A stretch of 64,000 nt of DNA from an uncultured delta proteobacterium. Its GTDB lineage: Bacteria; Myxococcota; Myxococcia; Myxococcales; Myxococcaceae. A program made the translations under genes and the position numbers. Numbering within the stretch: position 1 is the first letter of the stretch; each line of letters begins with the position of its first letter. The stretch spans positions 41,782 through 105,781 of the forward strand of contig CAVYSY010000007.1 in NCBI GenBank assembly GCA_963771175.1. Reading direction: 5' to 3'. Under the pieces are notes generated by a model. It saw nothing but the letters and a program-made list of their open reading frames with translations. It was not told where the DNA came from and did not search any database. This document shows positions 20,811 through 35,034 of this stretch, piece after piece.

Positions 20811-21923
20811 GTGGCCCGACAGGGGTGCACGTTGGCGCAGGCGACGAAGGCGAAGTTTCTGGAGGCGGGGCCCTTTCATCAGGCTCTCAAGGCGCGGGTA
20901 GACAACTACTTCCAGGAGAGTGGGCGCTCGCAGCGCGATCTCCCGGGGATGTACGCCAAGACGGCGGCGCTGCTCGGCTGGTTCGTCGCCTCCTATCTCT
21001 TCCTCACCTTCGTGGCGTCGGGCCCGTGGAGCGCGGTGCTCGGGTGCCTGTCGCTCGGGCTGTCGATGGCCGGCATCGGCTTCAGCATCCAGCACGACGC
21101 GAACCACGGCGGTTACTCGGAGCACAAGTCCGTCAATCGCCTGCTCGCCGGGACGCTCGATATCCTCGGCGCCTCCTCCTACGTGTGGAGCTGGAAGCAC
21201 AACATCTTCCACCACAGCCATCCCAACGTGGTCGGGCTCGACGCGGACATCGACATCCAGCCCTTCTGCCGGGTCGCCCCGGGCCAGCGGCTGTACGCGG
21301 CCCATCGCTTCCAGCACTTCTACATCTGGCTGCTCTACGGGCTGCTCGCGGTGAAGTGGCACTTCGTCGATGACTACAAGGACGTGCTCACCGGCAGCGT
21401 CGGACGGCAGAAGATGCCGCGCCCCACCGGACGGAAGCTCGTCGGCGTCCTCGGCGGCAAACTGTTCTTCATCGGATGGGCCCTGGTGGTGCCGTCCCTC
21501 TTCCACCCCGTGTGGCAGGTGGTGCTCTGCTATGCCCTGACGTCGTTCATCCTCGGCGTCACGCTCGCGAGCGTCTTCCAGCTCGCGCACTGCGTGGAGG
21601 AGGCGGAGTTTCCCGAGGTGCCGCAAGACGGCGGCACCTTCACGCGCGAATGGGCGGTGCACCAGGTGGAGACGACGGTCGACTTCGCGCGGGGCAACCG
21701 GCTGGTGTGCTGGTATCTCGGCGGGCTCAACTTCCAGGTGGTACACCACCTGTTCCCCCGGGTGTGCCACCTGCATTACCCGGCGCTCTCGCGCATCGTC
21801 GAGGAGACATGCCGGGAGCACGGGGTGCGCTACCGCGCGCAGGAGAGCGTGGGCGCTGCATTGGGAAGCCACGTGAGGTGGCTCAAGCGGATGGGTCGGC
21901 CAGCGGTCGTGGAGGCAGCGTGA
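20811..21923 (+). CDS. Membrane fatty acid/acyl-CoA desaturase
   Basis: His boxes HDANH, HNIFHH and QVVHHLFP. Confidence 0.93.
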   Translation: MARQGCTLAQATKAKFLEAGPFHQALKARVDNYFQESGRSQRDLPGMYAKTAALLGWFVASYLFLTFVASGPWSAVLGCLSLGLSMAGIGFSIQHDANHGGYSEHKSVNRLLAGTLDILGASSYVWSWKHNIFHHSHPNVVGLDADIDIQPFCRVAPGQRLYAAHRFQHFYIWLLYGLLAVKWHFVDDYKDVLTGSVGRQKMPRPTGRKLVGVLGGKLFFIGWALVVPSLFHPVWQVVLCYALTSFILGVTLASVFQLAHCVEEAEFPEVPQDGGTFTREWAVHQVETTVDFARGNRLVCWYLGGLNFQVVHHLFPRVCHLHYPALSRIVEETCREHGVRYRAQESVGAALGSHVRWLKRMGRPAVVEAA

Positions 21924-22294
21924 TGAGGGATGAGAACGAGGAGCGGATCCGCTTCGGGCGTGCGCAGAAGTTCCGGCTCTCCTCGAAGGGCAACGAGGCC
22001 GTGTCGGCGTACAGCCTGATGGTGGAGAAGGCGCGGGCGGGGGCGGGACGCGCCCAGTTCGACGCGGCCCGCACGGCGTGGAGCACCCCCCGTGGGCTCA
22101 CCTCCGAGGATGGGCTCTTCCTCGTGGAGTTTGGCGTGGGGGACCGGACCATCACGGAGGCGACGCGCAGCCTCGAGGACTGCGCCAGCTCGAAGGAAGT
22201 GAAGGCCGCCGTCGAGCGGCTCCTGGAGTGCGGCATGCTCGAGCCGGTGCCCGTGCCGCCCCCTCCCCCCTCCGCGCCACGCCGTTTCTGGTAG
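21923..22294 (+). CDS. Hypothetical protein
   Basis: TGATG coupling to the desaturase; protein-like composition. Confidence 0.65.
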   Translation: MRDENEERIRFGRAQKFRLSSKGNEAVSAYSLMVEKARAGAGRAQFDAARTAWSTPRGLTSEDGLFLVEFGVGDRTITEATRSLEDCASSKEVKAAVERLLECGMLEPVPVPPPPPSAPRRFW

Positions 22295-22394
22295 GCGTCA
22301 CGGCGGGGTACCTCCCACCCCGCCCCCGAGCCTCCCGGGGGGAGTTTGGAAGAGTCGCGCGGGGCGCGGAAATCGGGTAGAGCCCCGCTCCGCC

Positions 22395-23116
22395 ATGCTC
22401 GTCTCCGTCGTCATCCCCGTCTACAACGAGATCCCCACCCTCGCCGAAATCCTCCGCCGAGTCACCGAGGTGGACTTCCCCAAGGAGCTCGTCATCGTGG
22501 ACGACTGCTCCCGCGATGGGAGCCGGGAGTTCCTGCAGCAGCTCAGCGAGAAGGGCCTGTCCGTCATCGGCGGCACCCCGCGGAACCGCAACGAGCTGCG
22601 CATCCTCTTCCAGGAGAAGAACCAGGGCAAGGGTGCCGCCCTGCGCCGCGGCTTCGCCGAGTCCGACCGGGGACATCGTCATCATCCAGGACGCGGACCT
22701 CGAGTACGACCCGCGTGAAATCCCCCGCGTCATCCAGCCCATCATCGATGGCGACGCCGACGTCGTCTTCGGCAGCCGCTTCATCGGCACGCCCCGGCGC
22801 GTCCTCTACTTCTGGCACTCGGTCCTCAACAACGCTGCTCACCCTGCTGTCCAACATGACCAGCAACCTCAACCTCACCGACATGGAGACCTGCTACAAG
22901 GCCTTCCGCGCCGAGGTCATCCGGTCGGTGGACATCGAGGAGGACCGCTTCGGCATCGAGCCGGAGATCACCGCCAAGGTGGCCCGCGGCGGCTGGCGCG
23001 TCTTCGAGGTGCCCATCAGCTACCACGGGCGCACCTACGAGGAGGGCAAGAAGATCGGCTGGAAGGACGGCGTCCGAGCGCTCTACGCCATCGGCAAGTA
23101 CACCCTCAAGCGCTGA
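22395..23116 (+). CDS. Glycosyltransferase family 2 (DPM synthase-like), frameshifts near 22668 and 22834
   Basis: [15 protein letters not shown] and NQGKGAA; then [10 protein letters not shown]; then TDMETCYK...GKKIGWKDG in three successive frames. Confidence 0.88.
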
Positions 23117-23256
23117 CGTTCCGCCCCTCTGCGGCGTCCGGCGTCCGACACCGTCGGGCGCTCGACGCCTGGAGGCCCAACCCCTCCAGGCGCCTCTCCC
23201 GCCCCGTCCTCCCGACCAGAGGTGCCCTTTTGCTCCAGGCTCCCTAGGTTCCGAGG

Positions 23257-23820
23257 GTGCTACCTCGATTCGTCCTCTACGGGTGTGCTGGCTGGGTGAT
23301 GGAGGTGTGCTTCACGGGAGTGGGTGCCGCCCTCTTCCAGCAGGACAAACACGGGACAGCGAAGACGTACCTCTGGATGCACCCCATCTACGGCGCCACC
23401 GCGCTGGGGATGGAGTTCCTCCATGACCGGTTGCGCTTCCTGCCCCGGCCCGTGCGAGCCCTCGCCTATACGGCCGTCATCTTCGGCGCCGAGTTCACCA
23501 CCGGCTGGCTGCTGCGCAAGGCGCTCGGCCGCTGCCCGTGGGACTACGAGCAGCGCGGCTGGAGCGTGAAGGGGCTCATCCGCCTGGACTACGCCCCCTT
23601 CTGGTACGCCGCCGCCCTCCTCTTCGAGCCCGTGCGCGAGGCCTTCCTGCGCGTCACCAGCGAGGCCCTCCGCCAGACGCCCGAGTACCGCCACGCCGTG
23701 CAACAGGGCGCCGTGGCCGAGCCCCTCCACCTCAGCGCCGTCGCCGCCGAGCAGGAGGCCGGAGAGGCGGCCGATACCTTCCTCCTCGCCGAGGAGGCGG
23801 ACGCCCATCGCGGCCACTGA
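23257..23820 (+). CDS. DUF1113/CmpB-like membrane protein
   Basis: GWVMEV, PIYG, EFTTG and CPWDY...GLIRL motifs. Confidence 0.75.
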   Translation: MLPRFVLYGCAGWVMEVCFTGVGAALFQQDKHGTAKTYLWMHPIYGATALGMEFLHDRLRFLPRPVRALAYTAVIFGAEFTTGWLLRKALGRCPWDYEQRGWSVKGLIRLDYAPFWYAAALLFEPVREAFLRVTSEALRQTPEYRHAVQQGAVAEPLHLSAVAAEQEAGEAADTFLLAEEADAHRGH

Positions 23821-24026
23821 GCCACCGGGCAGGCACGACCTGTGGGGAAAACCCCTCACCCCGGACCTTCTCGCAGCGGGAGGAAGGGCGAGCGGAGGGG
23901 GAAGGACGGTGGGCCCCGTGGGTCGGACGCTCTCCGGCCGGGCCTCATCTTGACAGTCGGCTTTTCTTCCTGATGTAGGCGCTGCGTAGTACCTTGCCGC
24001 GCGATTCCTGCAGGTGCAGGAAATGA

Positions 24027-28099
<4,073 letters not shown>

Positions 28100-28103
<4 letters not shown>

Positions 28104-29332
28104 CCTCCCTCCGTCTGGACCTTCACCTTGCGCCCCGGACGCAACGTCCCATTGGGCGACACCACCACCTGCGTCCCCGGCGGCGGGCCCTTGGTCAGCG
28201 CCACCTCCTCGCCCACCTTCTCCGCCACCTGCACCGGCTGGCGCTTCAGCCGCCCATCCTGAACCACCCACACCATGGACTGCCCGTCGCGGCCTCGCAC
28301 CACCGCCGCGGCCGGCACCCGCAGCGCCGCGTCCTCGCGGGCGAGCACCTCCGGTGACACCTCCTCCTTCAGGAAGGCCACCCGTGCCCCCATGTCCGGC
28401 AGCACGCCCGGGGGAATCTCCTCGAAGGCCACGTTCACGTCACCGGTGGCCTTGGAGCGGTCGATGGCCGGGCGGATGGAGCGCACCTTCGCGCGGAAGG
28501 CCTGGTCCGGGAACGCGTCGAGGAAGACGAGCGCGGGCTGCCCCAGCTCGATGCGCGGGAGCTGCTCCTCGCTCACCTCGGCCTCCACCTCGAGCGCCCC
28601 CAGGTCCACCAGCTCGACGATGCCGCCGATGTTCTCCTGCTCGAGCGCGGCGGGCGCGAGCACCGCTCCCTCGTCCGCCAGCTTGCGCACCACCGTGCCC
28701 GAGAAGGGCGCGCGCACCACGGTGTGGGAGAGCAGCAGGCCCGCCGCCTCCGACGCGCGACGGGCCGCGTCGAGCTGCGCCATGGAGGCCCGCTCCTCGG
28801 CCGAGGAGGCACTCGCCAGGGCCCGCGCCTCCTCCAGGCTCGCCCGGGTGACGACTCCCTCCCTGGCGAGCCGCTCGGCCCGGCCCAGGTCGCTCCGCGC
28901 CCGCGTCGCCGTGGCCCGCGCGGCGAGGAGCCGTTGAGAGGCCGCCTGGAGCTCGGCCCGGGCGCGAGCGGCCGCCACCCGCGCATCCCGATCATCCAGA
29001 CGGGCGAGCACCTGCCCCTCCTTCACCGCATCCCCCTCGTCCACCGCCACCTCCACGAGTCGGCCCGCCACCTGGGGCGCGATGACGGAGCGGCGGCGCG
29101 AGGCCACATAGCCGGCAGCGGAGAGCTCGGTCTGCTGCTCGCCAGGACGGGCCTCGCGGACCTCGGCCACGCGCACGCTGGGAGCCCGGCCCATCACCAT
29201 CGCCGCCGCGACGAAGGCCAGCACCACGACGAGTGCCACCGGAAGGAGCCACCGTCGCCCGAATCTCCGCCGGGGGTGGGCCGAGCGGTCAATCCGGAGT
29301 GCGTTCAACCTCTGGGCCTGGGCCTCCGCCAT
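28100..29332 (-). CDS. Periplasmic adaptor (MFP) subunit
   Basis: N-terminal [19 protein letters not shown], coiled coil, VRAPFSG. Confidence 0.92.
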
Positions 29333-29576
29333 GGGGACTCCCCTTGCGTCATGACATCTCGGTGAGAAGGTAGGGGGAGGCCCCGAGCATGACCCGGAAG
29401 TGAGGCCGCCCGCCCCCCCTGCTACCGAAGCACGCGGGCGCCCTCTTCTCCCTCCGAGGGAGGCGGGCTCGGCGGTGAGAGAAAACCTTGAGGTCTCTCC
29501 CGCCAGGGCCACACGACAGGCACAGATTGAGCGGGAGGGACCACGATGGAGGGATTGCGATGAGCGAGGGATTGCG

Positions 29577-29813
29577 ATGATCGACCCCGGGGACATCCGC
29601 GAGGGCATGACGGTGAGGGACCAGGAAGGCCGGAAGCTCGGCACGGTGGCGAACGTGGGGGAGACCCACTTCGAGCTGGAGCAGGGGTCGCCGGCCCGGC
29701 GGGACTACATGGTGCGCTACCACGGAGTGGCGCGCGTACAGGGTCGGGATGTGTTCCTCTCAGCCGATCCCACGCCCGTGCAGCCCGAGGACGAGTCGCC
29801 CCCGAGCCCGTGA
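29577..29813 (+). CDS. DUF2171/PRC-barrel-like small protein
   Basis: IREGMTVRDQEGRKLGTV pattern. Confidence 0.7.
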   Translation: MIDPGDIREGMTVRDQEGRKLGTVANVGETHFELEQGSPARRDYMVRYHGVARVQGRDVFLSADPTPVQPEDESPPSP

Positions 29814-29935
29814 AGCGCGCTCAGCCGGGCTCGGGTGGGAGTTCGCGCACGGCGCCATACCCGGCGTCCATGTGACAGGGGCACCGCAAGCGCGATACAT
29901 CAACGCTCTCCCCTTCCCCACCAGGAGCGAGCGGG

Positions 29936-30703
29936 TTGAAATCCCACCATCATCCTTCCCGTCCGAGCCGCCTCCTCACGGCCGGACTTCTCCTCGGGGC
30001 GCTCGTCGCCCTGCTTCAGCCGGCGGAGGCGTCCGCTGGTAACTCCGCCGGCAACGCGCGGCTGCTCGCCTCGGACGAGGCCGCCACCATCAAGCACCCC
30101 GTCCTCGGCCTGCAGCGCTCGGCACTGCCGCTGGGCCTGGGCTTCGCGGTGGACACCTCCGTCCTCGCGGACCTGGCGCTCACGCCCAACCTGGGCCTGC
30201 GCTGGGCGCTGGAGGCGGGGCCCCACCGCTTCGTCGTCGGCGCGCGCTACGCGAAGTTCATGGGCTCCACGCTGGCCTCGGACTACGTCACCGCCCAGCA
30301 GCCGCTGGTGAAGCGCTTCGACCTCGACTTCAGCGGACCCAGCGCCTACGCCCTCTACGGCTTGTCGCTCGGCCGGGTGCTGGTGCAGGCCGAGGTGCGC
30401 CACTCCCGCTACGCGAGCGTCACCACCACGGCCACGGGCGCCCTGGTGCTCAACTTCGCCGGCAACTGGTCCCTCGTGGGTGAGTTCGGGGTCCGGCTGC
30501 ACCAGACCCAGAATCCGGACTCGGCGCAGCCGCCGGCGCAGGGCCTCCCCCTGCGCGGCGCGGCCGGCATCCGCTACGCCGGGGACAACTTCGGCTTCTC
30601 GCTCGGGGCCGCATACGTGGACCTGCACGAGCCCATGGTCCCCGTCAACGACGGCCGCCTCCCCATCCTCCCCGCCCTCGACCTGTCCTGGACCTTCCGA
30701 TGA
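29936..30703 (+). CDS. Putative outer-membrane beta-barrel protein
   Basis: Signal peptide, alternating strands, ends DLSWTFR. Confidence 0.6.
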   Translation: MKSHHHPSRPSRLLTAGLLLGALVALLQPAEASAGNSAGNARLLASDEAATIKHPVLGLQRSALPLGLGFAVDTSVLADLALTPNLGLRWALEAGPHRFVVGARYAKFMGSTLASDYVTAQQPLVKRFDLDFSGPSAYALYGLSLGRVLVQAEVRHSRYASVTTTATGALVLNFAGNWSLVGEFGVRLHQTQNPDSAQPPAQGLPLRGAAGIRYAGDNFGFSLGAAYVDLHEPMVPVNDGRLPILPALDLSWTFR

Positions 30704-31278
30704 AACGCCTTGTCCTCGCCCTTGTCTGCCCGCTCCTGCTCTCCGCGTGCTCCGCCGAGGTCGCCGTGGAGACGCCGCCCCAGACGCAGAAAGTCCCCAT
30801 CACCTCGGTGGGCAAGCCCGCCTACGCCGAGGTGGCCGTCGACCTGCCCCCCGAGACGCAGGAGCTCGACGTCACCGTGAAGGAGATCAGCGCCACCCTC
30901 ACGGTGCACAACCCCTCGGATGCGTTCGACCTGACGACGTCCGCGCGGCTGTCCCTCCAGGGCAACGCCACGCCGGGCACCCCCATCTTCTATACCGATC
31001 AGAACCTGCCCCCGTACTACGCCACCGCCGAGGTCCTGATGGCTCCGCGTGAATTCGCGCCGGCCTCGCGCACGCCGGTGACCATCACCTCGCCCACGCT
31101 GGCGAAGGCCGTCGGCCAGAAGCGCATCTGGGTCATCGTCGCCAACACGGTGACCGGGTTGGGGGGCATCGGCCTCCCGACCGAGCTGGAGATCCAGCTC
31201 GAGAACATCGTCCTGCACGTCACCCTCACCAAGTCCTTCAATGGACTGGACGGCGCGCTGGGCGTGGGCGGGCTCTGA
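30700..31278 (+). CDS. Putative lipoprotein
   Basis: MKR + hydrophobic stretch + LSAC lipobox; ATGA overlap. Confidence 0.75.
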   Translation: MKRLVLALVCPLLLSACSAEVAVETPPQTQKVPITSVGKPAYAEVAVDLPPETQELDVTVKEISATLTVHNPSDAFDLTTSARLSLQGNATPGTPIFYTDQNLPPYYATAEVLMAPREFAPASRTPVTITSPTLAKAVGQKRIWVIVANTVTGLGGIGLPTELEIQLENIVLHVTLTKSFNGLDGALGVGGL

Positions 31279-31422
31279 AGCACTGAAGTGGGAGCCGGGC
31301 CCGAGACCCGCCCGGACCCGGCTCCACCGTCACATCAGGCGCTGCGGGCCACCCACCATCCGGCCCGCGCGAGGAAGAGTTCTAGCGCACCGGTCTGACA
31401 CGTCCCGGACACCCGGAGCCCC

Positions 31423-31770
31423 ATGACCCCAGCCTCGACAAAGCGAAGCATGCTGCTCGACTACCTGATGAGGGTCCGCCGGGACACGCAAGCCGGACGA
31501 TTGGGCATGCACATCGGCGAACCCAATGTGGATCGCTTTCAGGGACTCATCACGGGCTATCACATGTGCCAACTCGATCAGGGTGTGGATGATGTCGAGT
31601 ACGGCCAGTTCCGCGAGTGGCTGCGCGAACAAGGTGAGTTCCCCCCGGAGGGATGGGAAGCGAAGTACCTACGGGACTGCGATGGAGACCCCGAGCGGGC
31701 CATCCGCAAGTACCTCGATTTCGTCGCCGAGTTCCTGGCCAGGCATCGCGAGGAGCCAATGCAGAGCTGA
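31423..31770 (+). CDS. Hypothetical protein, possibly orphan toxin immunity
   Basis: Lower GC; ITGY...FREWL...GW...LDFVAEF pattern. Confidence 0.6.
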   Translation: MTPASTKRSMLLDYLMRVRRDTQAGRLGMHIGEPNVDRFQGLITGYHMCQLDQGVDDVEYGQFREWLREQGEFPPEGWEAKYLRDCDGDPERAIRKYLDFVAEFLARHREEPMQS

Positions 31771-31779
31771 TACGCGGGC

Positions 31780-32457
31780 TCATCGCGTCCGCGAGCGCGA
31801 CGCGGTGCGCGGCCCGAGCGCGAGGGAGCGGTACACCTTGGACTCGGAGAAGGTGGGGATGTCCGTGGGGCGCTGGGCCCACCAGTTCATCACCAGCGTC
31901 ACGCGCAGCCGCGAGGTACCCGGCAGCTTCCCGTGGGGAATCTGGTTGTGGGCGTCCAGCACGCCGTGGGTGAGGTCCCCGCGGAAGTAGGCGAAGCGGT
32001 TGGGCCTCGGCATCGCGAGGTCGAAGTCGCTCGTGTTCGGGGCGAGTGACGGGTTGTCCTCGCAAGGCAGGGCCTTGGTCACCGCGAGCGCCCCACCCCG
32101 GACGCTGTTCATGAATAGCAGGGAGGTGAAGCGCGGGTGCAGGAGCGGGCCTCCGCGCAGGGCGAGCTTCTCGTCCCGGTCCTGGTGGAAGTCCACCTGC
32201 ACGTCCGTGGTGCGCATCCGCGAGAACCACCACTCCACGCCGACGATGCCCCGGCGCAGCGGCACGCGCGGGCGCAGCTCGAGGATGACCTGCTCCACGA
32301 TGTTGGTGGGCTCGCCAAGGTCGAACCAGAAGGTCGTCTGGTACGTCTGGCGCAGGCGCTCGGTGCCCAGCGCGAGGACCTTGCGCCGCAGGCGGTTGAA
32401 GTCCGCGTCGGGCAGCGCGTGGTCGTGGATGTGGACGAGGGGGGCTCGGGGCGGCAT
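31780..32457 (-). CDS. Putative 2OG-Fe(II) oxygenase-fold protein
   Basis: HQD...HGV...RVT arrangement (HxD...H...R). Confidence 0.65.
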   Translation of the reverse strand: MPPRAPLVHIHDHALPDADFNRLRRKVLALGTERLRQTYQTTFWFDLGEPTNIVEQVILELRPRVPLRRGIVGVEWWFSRMRTTDVQVDFHQDRDEKLALRGGPLLHPRFTSLLFMNSVRGGALAVTKALPCEDNPSLAPNTSDFDLAMPRPNRFAYFRGDLTHGVLDAHNQIPHGKLPGTSRLRVTLVMNWWAQRPTDIPTFSESKVYRSLALGPRTASRSRTR

Positions 32458-32577
32458 GGCGGGGCGCGACTCTACGCCAACCCGCCGGTCAGTAGGTCCA
32501 GAGACCGATGAGCAGGAGCGCGGAGAGCCCCAGCACGAGCCGGAGCTCCGGACGCTCCATCTGACTCATGCGCGCTC

Positions 32578-33864
32578 TCACTGGGACGAGACCGCGACCA
32601 CGGGCTCGGCGTCCTCGGGCAGGGGCTCCCGGGCCGCGGCCGAATCCAGATGGTCCACCCGCCGCAGCTCGGGGAAGACCCAGGCCCAGAGCGCCACCAC
32701 CGCCAGCGTCCCCACCGCGCCCGTCACCACCGCGGGCACCGCGCCCAGGTGCTCGGCGAACGCACCGGCGCGGAACTCGCCCAGCTCGTTGGAGGCACCC
32801 ACGCACATCATGTTCACCGCGCCCACGCGGCCCCGCATGTCATCCGGCGTGGCCACCAGCTCCAGCGTGTGCCGCACCACCACACTCACCATGTCCGCGG
32901 CCCCCGCCACCGCCAGGGCCATGATCGACAGCGGCAGCGAGTGGCTCACCCCGAAGACGAGCGTGGCCGCGCCGAAGATGGCGACCGAGGTGAACATCTT
33001 CCACCCCGCCCGACCGCCCAGGGGACGAACCGCGAGGAGGACAGCCACCACCGCCGCGCCCGCCGCCGGCGCGCTGCGCAGCAGACCCAGGCCCCAGGGT
33101 CCGGTGTGCAGCACGTCGCGCGCGTAGATGGGCAGCAGCGCCACCGCTCCGCCCAGCAGCACCGCGAACAGGTCCAGGGTGATGCTGCCCAGCAGCAGGC
33201 GCTGCCGGCGCACGAAGCGCAACCCCGCGAGCACCGTGGAGAGGGAGAGCCGCTCACTGGAGGCGCGGCCCGTCCGCACCTTCAGGGAGAGGATCCACAC
33301 CACGGTGAGCGCGCACAGCGAGGCCGAGCCGATGTAGGCCCCCGTGGCGCCCGCCCACCCGTAGAGGACGCCGCCCACGGCGGGGCCGGCGATGGTGGCC
33401 ACCTGCCATGTGGTGGAGTTGATGGCCACGGCGCGCGTGAGCTCCTCGGGGGGCACCAGATGGGGCGTGATGGCGGAGCCCGCGGGCGAGTAGAAGGCCC
33501 GCGCGGTCCCGAAGAGCACCAGCACCCCGTACACGAAGCGCACGTCCTGGACGTGACCCAGGGAGAAGGAGAGCAGCAACAGGCTGCACAGCAGCATCAC
33601 GGACTGGCACACCGCGAGGATGATGCGCCGGTCCACGCGGTCGGCCACCTGCCCACCGACGAGGCAGAAGGCAAGGAAGGGCAGGAACTGCGCCAGGCCC
33701 GTGTAGCCCAGGGCCAGGGCGCTGCCGGTCATCTCGTACACCTGCCAGCCGATGGCCACCGACTCGACCTGCACGGCGAGCACCGCGCACAGCCGGGCGA
33801 GCTGGTAGATGCGGAAATCGCGGTGACGGAAGACGGAGGCAGCCGACACTTCGGAAGAGGCCAT
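32578..33864 (-). CDS. MFS transporter (EntS/DHA3-like)
   Basis: GQVADRVDRR motif A, TPDDMRGRV, about 12 TMs. Confidence 0.93.
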   Translation of the reverse strand: MASSEVSAASVFRHRDFRIYQLARLCAVLAVQVESVAIGWQVYEMTGSALALGYTGLAQFLPFLAFCLVGGQVADRVDRRIILAVCQSVMLLCSLLLLSFSLGHVQDVRFVYGVLVLFGTARAFYSPAGSAITPHLVPPEELTRAVAINSTTWQVATIAGPAVGGVLYGWAGATGAYIGSASLCALTVVWILSLKVRTGRASSERLSLSTVLAGLRFVRRQRLLLGSITLDLFAVLLGGAVALLPIYARDVLHTGPWGLGLLRSAPAAGAAVVAVLLAVRPLGGRAGWKMFTSVAIFGAATLVFGVSHSLPLSIMALAVAGAADMVSVVVRHTLELVATPDDMRGRVGAVNMMCVGASNELGEFRAGAFAEHLGAVPAVVTGAVGTLAVVALWAWVFPELRRVDHLDSAAAREPLPEDAEPVVAVSSQ

Positions 33865-34006
33865 ACGGGAGGGTGGCTCTAACGCAAGCCTCTGGCTCCC
33901 GCCAGCCACGGTGCGAGCGAGCAGGCGGGGGGAACAACAGGTACGCTCATGGACGCGGCGAGCGCTCCAAAAGAGCCCATGTTGTGCCAAGAGGAGCGGT
34001 GCGTGG

Positions 34007-34119
34007 TTCCGCTCGTCACCGGTGACGAGTGAAACCCACTGGGGCCATTCCGCTTGTCACCGGTGACAAGTGAAACCCTCCGACCCCATTCCGCTTGTCA
34101 CCGGTGACAAGTGAAACCC
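34007..34119. repeat. Three tandem 41-bp units with an 18-bp perfect palindrome
   Basis: TTCCGCTYGTCACCGGTGACRAGTGAAACCC starting at 34007, 34048 and 34089. Confidence 0.92.
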
Positions 34120-34184
34120 TCCGAAGCAGCACCGCCACTGCACTCTTGTGCCCCGCGCAGCAGGAGTGCCCCAAAACGGGTCAC

Positions 34185-34568
34185 TCAGGCCTCCCGCTGG
34201 AGCGCGGCCACCATGAGGCTCAGCGTCCGAAGCTGGGACGCCTTCAGCTTGCGCACCGAGCGCATCAGCCGCCGGACCTGCGCTCCATCCCGCTCGGGGG
34301 GAGGCGTGAGTGCCCACTGAGGAGGTGATTCGGAGGCGAACCCGAGCAGGTGATCCGCCGGAATCCGGAGCGTCAGGCACAGGCGCCACAAGGACGGGAC
34401 ACTGGGAAGCATCAGCCCTCGCTCCAGTCGCCCATAGACCTCGGGGGCCATGCCGATGCGCTCGGCCACATCCACCTGGGTCAGACCCGCCTGGACTCGC
34501 GCCGCCCGGGCCACCGCCCCCAGTTTCTTCGACAGCCGACGCCGCACGGCGGCCTGCGTCGAGTCCAA
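34185..34568 (-). CDS. XRE-family HTH regulator
   Basis: ARVQAGLTQVDVAERIG...YGRLERG...PSV motif; start uncertain. Confidence 0.88.
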   Translation of the reverse strand: MDSTQAAVRRRLSKKLGAVARAARVQAGLTQVDVAERIGMAPEVYGRLERGLMLPSVPSLWRLCLTLRIPADHLLGFASESPPQWALTPPPERDGAQVRRLMRSVRKLKASQLRTLSLMVAALQREA

Positions 34569-34604
34569 TCCACGAGCGCTATACCCACATCCAATCCCTG
34601 GCGC

Positions 34605-35003
34605 CTACTGCGAATCGGGAGGACTCATTTTGTCCAGTTCCTCCGGAAGAGGCATCGGACGGAACCTCAACCCTTTCGCATCCCGCCCTAGAATCACGCG
34701 AAATCCCTCGCCAGCGATCTTCACGAGCTCACCCTCGTTGGCCTTTCCACTGGCGAGCCATTCGTCTGCCTCCTCTCTCGTCACGAATGCATGAGAAGGG
34801 ACGATGTATTCAGCGGCGGGCGTATAGAACTTCTGGAAGAATTCGCGATACTCGTCCAGCTTCTGGATTTCACGGACATAAAACAGCGCCACCGCGGCGA
34901 CTCGGATTGCCTCATCCTCTGGCGATCCTTCCTGGTACTTCTCGTCCACGGCGCGCAGGACTTCGAGAACGGAGTCAACATCGAACTCTTTATTGTATAC
35001 CAT
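34605..35003 (-). CDS. Hypothetical acidic protein, possibly orphan immunity
   Basis: Clean ORF with visibly lower GC than its flanks. Confidence 0.7.
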   Translation of the reverse strand: MVYNKEFDVDSVLEVLRAVDEKYQEGSPEDEAIRVAAVALFYVREIQKLDEYREFFQKFYTPAAEYIVPSHAFVTREEADEWLASGKANEGELVKIAGEGFRVILGRDAKGLRFRPMPLPEELDKMSPPDSQ

Positions 35004-35034
35004 TATCGATCCGGGACTCTCACAGCAGTCATTG

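Noticed and set aside
19271..22294. Secondary-metabolite cluster (decarboxylase plus desaturase)
   Set aside because: No scaffold enzyme, carrier protein or precursor peptide nearby
23851..23902. CCCTCACCCC-type palindromic repeat upstream of mreB
   Set aside because: Imperfect single copy, indistinguishable from an ordinary terminator hairpin here
34007..34119. CRISPR array
   Set aside because: Linkers are only 10 nt and partly similar to each other; no cas genes in the window
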